DNA of 64,000 nt from a virus (taxonomy: Duplodnaviria > Caudoviricetes): the IMG/VR virus record IMGVR_UViG_3300009095_000010, positions 1-64,000 of that record. One strand, written 5' to 3'. A program made the translations under genes and the position numbers. The notes beneath the pieces are model-generated. The model did no database searches, was not told where the DNA came from, and saw only the letters and a list, made by a program, of their open reading frames with translations. Within the stretch, counting starts at the first letter, position 1; each line of letters opens with the position of its first letter. Shown one piece after another: positions 46,640-54,410 of this stretch.

Positions 46640-47821
46640 CTAGTAAAAGGTTGGTTCCACTTTATACTTTGAAAACAATAGTTCCAATTTCCGTGAGAAC
46701 CGTTTGGTGTAAGGAGGTACCTTCTGCTTTCCATCAATTACTTTTACCAATTTGTTATAAGATGATTTCATCAATCTTGGAGATTTTGGCTTTTCACTTG
46801 GATGTATATATCTTGTTCTTGATTCAAGTATATAATCAGCTATATTCCTAAGAACATTTGGACCATCAGAATAATCAATATTATTACGAGAAAAATTATT
46901 TTCAATTACACCAACAATTCGATTACATGTATTACATAAAGTTCCACGAACAAGACCACTACCAAAATGTTTTTTAGAGTGATAGTGATCAAGTGTTGGC
47001 ATAACAACTAATCTTTTACAAACAGGACACAAACCACTTTGCTTTTCTAATAATGAATTTCTTATAAATTGAACTTGAGAATGTAAAAGTTGATAATACC
47101 CATCATATTCATACAATTCTCTTCTACCACAAAAATCAATATCTCTTGGTAAGAAAAACCTTTTACTTTTATTATCTTGTTTAAATTGTCTTTCTAAAAT
47201 AGCAGATTCTAAATTAGTTGTATGAATTTCATCAATAACATCAAATTCAAAATCTGTATATTTTGAAAAATCATATCTCTGATATGATGTCAAAGAGGTA
47301 ATTCCTATTTTAATAAATTCAATTTTTGTTTGTTTATGTATTACTTTCAGTTTATAAAAAATACCAGGTTCCTGTCCTTTAGGGTTTTCTGTATAAAACT
47401 TAACAAAATCAAACCCAGAAATATCTTCTTTAATACATCCTGGACAAATTAAATTTTGACCATAAAGAACTTTTTTTGCCTGTATTAAAAATTCTCCATG
47501 CTTTGAACAAATTACAATTATTTCATTTCTAATATTTTCAAACTTTGATTTAGAAAAATCCATAAATGGATGTTTTGTTTGTGCTTTCAAACAAAATTCT
47601 TCTTTTGTAAGATTTTTATTTCTATAACAAACAGGACAAGAGTGACCTTTAGAACTTGATCTTATAAATGAAGATGGTTGAACTTCAAATAATATATTAT
47701 GATCTTTACATTTAATTTTAACTTTATGATAACTGTCTATATAAACAGTTTCACTATAATCAAATCTTCCAGGATATTTTCGTTCAGATTCCTGTACCCA
47801 AGCTTCAGTATTCCAAATCAT
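46640..47821 (-). CDS. Free-standing endonuclease: repeated Zn modules, GIY-YIG-like segment and endonuclease VII domain
   Basis: FDYS...IKCxxH...CPxC repeats, GIFY...IKIGIT, then QSGLCPVC...LDHYH...VRGTLCNTCN; markedly AT-rich. Confidence 0.75.
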   Translation of the reverse strand: MIWNTEAWVQESERKYPGRFDYSETVYIDSYHKVKIKCKDHNILFEVQPSSFIRSSSKGHSCPVCYRNKNLTKEEFCLKAQTKHPFMDFSKSKFENIRNEIIVICSKHGEFLIQAKKVLYGQNLICPGCIKEDISGFDFVKFYTENPKGQEPGIFYKLKVIHKQTKIEFIKIGITSLTSYQRYDFSKYTDFEFDVIDEIHTTNLESAILERQFKQDNKSKRFFLPRDIDFCGRRELYEYDGYYQLLHSQVQFIRNSLLEKQSGLCPVCKRLVVMPTLDHYHSKKHFGSGLVRGTLCNTCNRIVGVIENNFSRNNIDYSDGPNVLRNIADYILESRTRYIHPSEKPKSPRLMKSSYNKLVKVIDGKQKVPPYTKRFSRKLELLFSKYKVEPTFY

Positions 47822-47835
47822 AATATCAAATATAT

Positions 47836-47879
47836 CAAAACAAAAAGAAGGGAAGAGTTTCTAAGAAACTCTTCCCTTC
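47836..47879 (-). terminator. Rho-independent terminator after SSB
   Basis: Perfect 15-bp stem GAAGGGAAGAGTTTC/GAAACTCTTCCCTTC followed by TTTTTGTTTT. Confidence 0.9.
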
Positions 47880-47903
47880 AAAGCTAAGTAAAGAAAGCTG
47901 TGA

Positions 47904-48659
47904 TTACTCGTTTACAGCTGTATCTGTTTCTTCAGAATCCGCTGGACGCTGAAAAGAGTAATCGTCCTCTGCCGGCTCCTCCAGATCAGCCGAAGCGGCT
48001 GCTGTAGTAGTGACTGCGGAGGTTCCGTCCCATCCAAGCGCACGAAGACGCTTCTCAACAGTTTCAGGCTTTGGGCAAACAATCTGCCTGTTGATTATTT
48101 TATCGAGCACATCCTCTCCACCGATATCCGCAATCAGTGCAAGATCTGCCTCTGACATTGGATCGGTATCGTCAGCAACAACACTGTAGAAACCAGTGGC
48201 TGTTTTGCTCTTTGGATCAAACTTAATGGAGATATCAAAATCACGAGGTGTGACTTTTTTTCCTTCTGGACGCTTTGAATTCTTAACCTCCAGGTTGGTC
48301 TCAACCTGTTCAGCAGTCAGCTGGCTAAGATCAAGGATCTTGAGCCCGCCATCTGCACGGTCAATTACAACAACCATGTGACGCTCCTTACCCTCTTTGC
48401 CAAGATACTTCTTGACTGGGCAGTCCTCACCATAGGTGGGCCATGCGGTGCGAATACGGTCGCCATAACTTCTCTTGGAGCTTGGTCCCTTCCAACGAAC
48501 TTGGAAATAAGTTCCGATGTTTGAAACAATTCGAACGTTGTTGATTCCAGGCTGAAGCTTCATGAAGTCCAGTTTTGGAAGATCATCATCGTACTGACGC
48601 TTCTGTTTTGGGCTTGCGCCCCATGCTCTAATTCCTACTGATGATGTATTGTTACTCAT
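47904..48659 (-). CDS. Single-stranded DNA-binding protein (gp32-like)
   Basis: FMKLQPGINNVRI...CPV...VIDRADG...DFDISI; acidic C-tail; next to RecA. Confidence 0.7.
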   Translation of the reverse strand: MSNNTSSVGIRAWGASPKQKRQYDDDLPKLDFMKLQPGINNVRIVSNIGTYFQVRWKGPSSKRSYGDRIRTAWPTYGEDCPVKKYLGKEGKERHMVVVIDRADGGLKILDLSQLTAEQVETNLEVKNSKRPEGKKVTPRDFDISIKFDPKSKTATGFYSVVADDTDPMSEADLALIADIGGEDVLDKIINRQIVCPKPETVEKRLRALGWDGTSAVTTTAAASADLEEPAEDDYSFQRPADSEETDTAVNE

Positions 48660-48966
48660 ATTTTTCTCCTTGCGGTTTTTGGTATGTTGTGTTCTCTATG
48701 CGAATTATATTGTGCCACGGAATGATTCGGTTAACCGATTTTGGTTCCGTCTTTGCACTATTTGTTGTTGCATAAGGATCTTTTAATAATTGACCCGCTT
48801 GTGTTTTTGTTAATTGAAATCCCCTAAATTCAAGGGTGGCAGGGCCTTGATTCAAGGCCCTAGTTTTATAGTAAACTATGCCATCCTTTTCAGTAGAGTC
48901 ATTCGCTACTATTAGATATATCGGCTTACTATCAGATGGTTGCGATACTGGGGGTATTCCTACCAT
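48652..48966 (-). CDS. Hypothetical protein
   Basis: 104-aa ORF packed between RecA and SSB. Confidence 0.6.
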   Translation of the reverse strand: MVGIPPVSQPSDSKPIYLIVANDSTEKDGIVYYKTRALNQGPATLEFRGFQLTKTQAGQLLKDPYATTNSAKTEPKSVNRIIPWHNIIRIENTTYQKPQGEKYE

Positions 48967-48967
48967 T

Positions 48968-49939
48968 TTATTCCTCGTCTAACCCTTCGAGATCAGGGTC
49001 ATTTTTCTTAGTTTCTGAAGCAAGCTCAATACCAGAGGCGGTAACAACAAGATCCAATTCGGCTACACAATCATCACCTCCGAAAAGGTGATTCTTTTTA
49101 ACCCTTGCAACGGTCGTAATTCCGTACTTGATTTTCTGCTTGTTCCTAGTACGTGTGAGCGTAGCCTTCCTCGACATTTCTAAAATAAGGGAGCTAAGAT
49201 ATTCTAGTTCAGCTCCTCCTTTTTGCTTGAATCCAACAGAACCAATGTTGGCATACACCTGATTAATACATAGAACTCCAATGGTATAATTTCCATTAGT
49301 ATCTCTGAACTTTTCTATTAGTTGATTGAATCTACGAATGCCCCAGGAAACTTCCTTTGCTGTAACGCCTGGCTGCTTACTATAATCATCATTCTCTTCA
49401 TCTTCTGCGGAGTTAATAGAAGCTCCAACAGAGTCCCAAACAATGAGAATCTTTTGTTCAGGATTCATCTCTTTCGCTGCTTTGACATACGCAACAACCT
49501 GCTGAACACCTTCAAGGATGTTTCGGCTGGGAGCTACGGCCAATTGTGCAGGATCTCCACCCATGCGATCTCTATATCGCGCTGAATCGAACTTACCCTC
49601 GGAGTCCCAAAGGATAACCAGCACGCCTTGATCTTGTGCGGCCTTCATGACTAACATAGATGCAGTACTCTTTCCAGAGTCTGGTTTGCCAGCTATTTGA
49701 AAGATACGTCCAAAAGCAACGCCAAGAATACCCGTCAGCGGCTTCCAAAACTTATTAATTTCTGAAGAGCTGATGTAATCCTTTGGATCTTCTGAAAGAA
49801 CAATCTCATCACCTCTTCTCATACGAGCTGCGATGGCAGATTTTTTCTTATCAAATCGACCCTGTGCCTTAGCTACAAGCTCTGCAATATTTATTGTTGA
49901 TGATGCAGCTTCTTCTGCTGTTAATTTCTTCGATGGCAT
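48968..49939 (-). CDS. recA: RecA/UvsX-like recombinase
   Basis: Walker A GKPDSGKST, WDSEG, IVWDSV, CINQ, GGAELEY and VKKNH motifs. Confidence 0.88.
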   Translation of the reverse strand: MPSKKLTAEEAASSTINIAELVAKAQGRFDKKKSAIAARMRRGDEIVLSEDPKDYISSSEINKFWKPLTGILGVAFGRIFQIAGKPDSGKSTASMLVMKAAQDQGVLVILWDSEGKFDSARYRDRMGGDPAQLAVAPSRNILEGVQQVVAYVKAAKEMNPEQKILIVWDSVGASINSAEDEENDDYSKQPGVTAKEVSWGIRRFNQLIEKFRDTNGNYTIGVLCINQVYANIGSVGFKQKGGAELEYLSSLILEMSRKATLTRTRNKQKIKYGITTVARVKKNHLFGGDDCVAELDLVVTASGIELASETKKNDPDLEGLDEE

Positions 49940-50376
49940 TATACTCCTTTTTTAATCGACCGGAAAGTAAGGTGCGCTTCCTTGAGTAGAGCGTGAATGT
50001 TTGCCAAATGCTTATAATCTCGTTCGGCTATGTTTTGCTCTTGGGTGATGCGCTTTACTTCTGAGTCTATGGCTATGAGTTGTGATAGTGCACTTTCTGT
50101 TACCTTCTTTCCATCCGGTGGATTGGTCTTCAGGTTCGAGTAAGCTGTTGCCTTAGCAAAGTCTATATCACGCTTTAAAGCTCTTGACTTTAAATCAAAA
50201 GATGCAAGATCTGAAAGTAAAGCTGCCTGCGCCAGTAGGCATGAAGCAGCCACGCTATGTGCCTCATCCTCATCAAAGGTACCATTAGATAATGAGTCTA
50301 ATTGTTTCAACACCTTATGATACTTCTCTTCAAAGCCAGTTAAAAAATCATTTGTATTCTCATTTGGTTCCGTCAT
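49939..50376 (-). CDS. Helical protein, possible UvsY-like recombination mediator
   Basis: 145 aa coiled-coil with KKVTESAL...IDSEV; directly upstream of RecA. Confidence 0.45.
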   Translation of the reverse strand: MTEPNENTNDFLTGFEEKYHKVLKQLDSLSNGTFDEDEAHSVAASCLLAQAALLSDLASFDLKSRALKRDIDFAKATAYSNLKTNPPDGKKVTESALSQLIAIDSEVKRITQEQNIAERDYKHLANIHALLKEAHLTFRSIKKGV

Positions 50377-50791
50377 TATTCTCGCTCCTCTTGGAGTTTC
50401 CTTTTACAGAATTACCCTTGAGGTACTCGACTTCTTCTTTCAATAACTTAACCTTTTCTTGTAGAGAATCAAACTCTTTAAACTTATCTTTGAATTTTTC
50501 CTCTGCTTCAGATACAAGAGAATGAATCTGATCTTGAGCAAGTCTCAACTGCTGATTGACTTGTAGAGATATAAGAAAAGTAAAAACCTCTAATGAGGAA
50601 TATTTTTTATGAGGTGGCTTAACAAAAACAATAATACCATCCTCGTTTGTCTCAAAATGATCTTGAAAAAGATCTTTGCCCTGAAAATTAGGACGATCAT
50701 ACCCTTTACAAATATCGTTATAAAAACGAAATTCATCAGGTGTCATTAAAACTTTTTTATGGTCTATAATCCTAACAGTAGCCTTACTCAC
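50360..50791 (-). CDS. Hypothetical protein
   Basis: 143-aa ORF with a C-terminal coiled coil. Confidence 0.6.
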   Translation of the reverse strand: MSKATVRIIDHKKVLMTPDEFRFYNDICKGYDRPNFQGKDLFQDHFETNEDGIIVFVKPPHKKYSSLEVFTFLISLQVNQQLRLAQDQIHSLVSEAEEKFKDKFKEFDSLQEKVKLLKEEVEYLKGNSVKGNSKRSENNDGTK

Positions 50792-51027
50792 TCAGACCTC
50801 TTAAAGATTCCCTTTCCCGCATTGAAATTTTCCTGAGCCCTTTCTTGTTTATACTTCTCTCTCATTACCTCATATGATTCCTGAGCATCAATTTTCTTCT
50901 GATCCTCCTCTTCATATTCTGCAACAACTTCTTCAAGCTCATCTTCGGTAATACCTTTAGACGCAAGTTTTTGAAGCTCTTCAAATTCTTTATTATCTAT
51001 TCCCTGACTAGATCTAATAACAACCAT
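50788..51027 (-). CDS. Hypothetical acidic protein
   Basis: 79-aa ORF; C-terminus GKGIFKR resembles GAGLFRR of the upstream ORF. Confidence 0.55.
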   Translation of the reverse strand: MVVIRSSQGIDNKEFEELQKLASKGITEDELEEVVAEYEEEDQKKIDAQESYEVMREKYKQERAQENFNAGKGIFKRSE

Positions 51028-51030
51028 TAC

Positions 51031-51765
51031 TCACCTTCTAAATAATCCAGCTCCGCCACCAGTAATAGCATCTTGCGCTTTTAGTTTTTTGAATCTATCT
51101 CTCTGTAAATACTTTACCCCCTCTTGTGTTTGTGATAGAAGAATCTCTTCCTTGAGAGGTGTATCACCACCTTGTGACATCAGGTTAACAACCTCTCTAG
51201 GATCTATCGCTTGAGAAAGATCTGTAATTCCACCAACTGGATTGGATGCAAATGGATTTAAACCAGCAGCAGAAAGCTCCATGAGAGCTTTCTGGTCTTC
51301 TACATCTGGCATTGCTTTGGTTGTTGTATCATCCCCATAAGGATCGCCAGCATCGTGTATCATAGAAGCAAGCTCTGCTATCTTTCCATTTCCAGAATGC
51401 TTGAGCTTGGCTAGCTGCTCACCGCGAGCAACTAGATTGCCAGCATTGTTTCTCTTAATAAACTCATTATATGTAGGATCCACCTTGAGATTAGATTCAT
51501 CAATATGACCACCGCCCCCACCTTTACGATGGAACTTCTCAACGGGATCCGCAGTCCCCATCTTCTGAAACCTATAGTTAGATATAAGCCAACCAGCAAC
51601 GCCTTGAGGATCGTTAGGCATCTTCTGCATTGCTTCGGCTAACTCCTTCAAGAGAGTTTGTGTAGACTCTCCCATTATTTCCCCGCCGCATCCGGGACAT
51701 TCATTCCGCTGAATTGCATTTACCCACTCTGGAGGGATATTTGCACCACAAGACATACATCTCAT
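51031..51765 (-). CDS. Zinc-ribbon hypothetical protein
   Basis: MRCMSCG...CPGCG N-terminus. Confidence 0.65.
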   Translation of the reverse strand: MRCMSCGANIPPEWVNAIQRNECPGCGGEIMGESTQTLLKELAEAMQKMPNDPQGVAGWLISNYRFQKMGTADPVEKFHRKGGGGGHIDESNLKVDPTYNEFIKRNNAGNLVARGEQLAKLKHSGNGKIAELASMIHDAGDPYGDDTTTKAMPDVEDQKALMELSAAGLNPFASNPVGGITDLSQAIDPREVVNLMSQGGDTPLKEEILLSQTQEGVKYLQRDRFKKLKAQDAITGGGAGLFRR

Positions 51766-51767
51766 AA

Positions 51768-53237
51768 TTATCCTATTTTATTTACTTGGAAACTGCAATC
51801 TTCTATATCAGGATCTTCTATAGATGAAAAACCATTATCTAAAGCTTCATCTTCAAGTTCCATCAATAACTCTTCTTTATTTAGAGTAGAAAGATCCTTT
51901 ATCTTTGTTGCCCTGGGCATCTTAACCTTTTTAGAAGATCTATCCTCCGGAAGACTTGGAGGCGCTTTGTAATCCAATATATCAGAAAGAACAAAAGATG
52001 TTGAATGTTCATTTTCCCATTGAAATGAACCAAGGAAACGAATAGCAATACCAGGCTCAATAGACTGCTTTCCATTGGAGAGTTCCTTTTCAATCCTGGT
52101 CTTCATGCCATCCCAAGCTTCTGGAAAACAAAGCATCGCCGCCTCATCTCCCCAAGGATCCTGAAGGGTAAGGCGAGCCATCTCTTGACCAAAGATAGGT
52201 GAGTCTTCTTTTTTTACTATAAAAGAAAAGACCGATGTCACCACCGCTTCAATGGGTCGGATCTTTTGGTTACCAAGATAGTGTGTATTTGCTTTTCGGT
52301 TTGTGCGCTCATCATCGCTTTTAAGTTCCCAGGGAAACATCTGCTGCAATGCCGCAAATGGTATTGTCTTGTTCTTGTCGAAGAATTTCGGGTACCGGTC
52401 GAATGTATTTCCACTTATTCCCTCACCCATATAGAAATCTTCTAGAGCAAAGAGTTCTTGTATGGTCCATGGCGTCTCTACCGGGAAAGGATATTGAAAC
52501 TGAGCAACATGATCTTTGACCCGCTGATCTTCCGGGTTAAGCTTTGGAGGATTGTGTCGGCCGTTTGAATTATACCAAAACATCCCAAGCTCATCCTCAC
52601 CCTTCTTATAACCATTTACCGCAGCCCATTCTTTGGTAATCTGACGTTCAAGACGACCCATATGATTTCTCAATTTGGCTCTGTAGTCTGATGCGTAATG
52701 AAACATTTGTTTCCGATCCATCTGAAACGAATCAAGCGAGCCAGATGCCGCCATGGCTTGAATACTAGGAGAGCGAACCTTCCTAGAATCAGTTCTATAA
52801 ATTAGATCTTGAAAAGAAACAAATGGACGTTTGTCTATCAATTCTGGAATTGCATCCTGCCCCATATACTTCAAAGAGTCTAAACCTGTCATTAGAGTAT
52901 TATCATCAACAATCTTCCATGATAAAGATGACGTGTTCAAATCGGGAGGAACAATCCTAACCTTCTTATTTCGAATCTCGGCTTTGATCTTGAGGATATT
53001 ATCTTTGGATGCCTTAGCATTCGAACGAACTTCGGATATCAAGTTCGCGACCAGGAACTCAATGGAATAATTAGCTTTGAGATAAGCTGTATGAAATGAA
53101 ATCATCGAATATAGAGTAGCGTGTGAGTTGCTCGTTAACATTCCATTGCTAAGGTAATATTGATGATCAGGATGCCTAACTTCAAGATCATATGTCTGAG
53201 CCTTTCCTATTGGAGTAACCGATTTGATGTTAGTCAT
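51768..53237 (-). CDS. dnaE: DNA polymerase III alpha, C-terminal half, fused to split intein IntC (37 aa)
   Basis: MTNIKSV...TYDLEV...YYLSNGMLTSN|SHATLY...YLKANY...PPDLN; HhH and OB-fold regions. Confidence 0.92.
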   Translation of the reverse strand: MTNIKSVTPIGKAQTYDLEVRHPDHQYYLSNGMLTSNSHATLYSMISFHTAYLKANYSIEFLVANLISEVRSNAKASKDNILKIKAEIRNKKVRIVPPDLNTSSLSWKIVDDNTLMTGLDSLKYMGQDAIPELIDKRPFVSFQDLIYRTDSRKVRSPSIQAMAASGSLDSFQMDRKQMFHYASDYRAKLRNHMGRLERQITKEWAAVNGYKKGEDELGMFWYNSNGRHNPPKLNPEDQRVKDHVAQFQYPFPVETPWTIQELFALEDFYMGEGISGNTFDRYPKFFDKNKTIPFAALQQMFPWELKSDDERTNRKANTHYLGNQKIRPIEAVVTSVFSFIVKKEDSPIFGQEMARLTLQDPWGDEAAMLCFPEAWDGMKTRIEKELSNGKQSIEPGIAIRFLGSFQWENEHSTSFVLSDILDYKAPPSLPEDRSSKKVKMPRATKIKDLSTLNKEELLMELEDEALDNGFSSIEDPDIEDCSFQVNKIG

Positions 53238-53386
53238 ATATTCCTTGGATCAAATAACTTTACATCATTGATGGCCTCGATTTTAAACAACTCACGCTGA
53301 TATGGAGTTTCAAAATTTACTGTAAACTTTTTATTTAGGCCGCACACATTTTCAAGAACAACTTCTTTTCTTTTATATTTAGTCAT
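53234..53386 (-). CDS. 50-aa ORF inside the dnaE split (not in ORF track)
   Basis: MTKYKRKEVVLENVCG...FDPRNI*; overlaps both neighbours; bounded by an 11-nt direct repeat. Confidence 0.5.
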   Translation of the reverse strand: MTKYKRKEVVLENVCGLNKKFTVNFETPYQRELFKIEAINDVKLFDPRNI

Positions 53387-54410
53387 ATAGCTCACCTATT
53401 TTATAAACCCCTCGTTTAGGATTGTTCAATATTTCAAACACTTTTTCCATACATTCTTTATTGAATCCATAATCAGACTTGCGATACGAAAATTGATCAT
53501 AAGATACTCGTATCAATATCCATCCGTGTCTTATAATATGCTCATCTAACAAACGATCCTTTTCTTGTACTGCTTCGAGCTGATTCAAGCCAGTTTGTTT
53601 AAAATGCAGTGGTCCATCAAACTCAACGTAAACCCGCTTAGACTTATCACCAATATCAACCTGTTTACGTTTCGACTTTGAAATAAACAATTCTGATTTA
53701 ACTATTTGATTTTGTTTAAAACTATAACCGTTTACATCTTTTAATAAATCAAACAACAATAGTTCTGGCTTACTTTTCCAAGAATCTTTCATTTGAAAGG
53801 TACATTTTTCATAAAACTCATCTGGATTTTCATCACGCCATTTCTTCAAATTAGCCGCGCGTTTCTCTTGAATATCTTTTCGAGCTGATGTTTTCTTTGC
53901 AGTATCAGATGCCTTTTGACGCATTGCATCTGTCTTATTCACATCAGACATCACCTGTGCTCGACGCTTTCGATCATCAGGAGAAGATAAAATGGATTCT
54001 CGAACAGCCTTACCCATTCGTTCTTTATAATCGGTTAGATCATCTCCACGTTCATTTGCTCGCGTAATCCAATTACCATTATCTTTTGCTGTTGATTCAT
54101 ATTTCAATCTCGAAGATTCACAGAGAACTTCACCATCATATTCTTCAGGTTGTACTCCATGAACCTCTCGCAAATGAGAAGCCAATCTCTTGGCGTGCCA
54201 CCCACATATCTTGCAAACTACAAAATCTTTACCTTCTGGTAAAAGATCATACTTAACCTTGCAATCTGTGATATGACTATCGGCTTTACTCAGGCCCCAG
54301 AAGTTCTTGTGACATCGCTTACAACAATAGACAGTCCGTCCTTTAGAATCTGATGTAACGGCAACATCTCTCCCGTCTCTATAGTTCTGAACTTGTGATT
54401 CATTGTGCAT
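53379..54410 (-). CDS. Free-standing homing endonuclease (Zn fingers, NUMOD-like repeats, Vsr/DUF559-type nuclease)
   Basis: CKRC and CKICG...HLREVH fingers; SKPE...VDIG...YVEFDGPLH...KDRLLD...GWILIRV. Confidence 0.8.
   Translation of the reverse strand: MHNESQVQNYRDGRDVAVTSDSKGRTVYCCKRCHKNFWGLSKADSHITDCKVKYDLLPEGKDFVVCKICGWHAKRLASHLREVHGVQPEEYDGEVLCESSRLKYESTAKDNGNWITRANERGDDLTDYKERMGKAVRESILSSPDDRKRRAQVMSDVNKTDAMRQKASDTAKKTSARKDIQEKRAANLKKWRDENPDEFYEKCTFQMKDSWKSKPELLLFDLLKDVNGYSFKQNQIVKSELFISKSKRKQVDIGDKSKRVYVEFDGPLHFKQTGLNQLEAVQEKDRLLDEHIIRHGWILIRVSYDQFSYRKSDYGFNKECMEKVFEILNNPKRGVYKIGELYD

Noticed and set aside
53238-54289. Group I intron interrupting dnaE
   Set aside because: Both flanks carry clear intein halves with their own stop and start, and the space is filled by ORFs, leaving no room for a ribozyme core.
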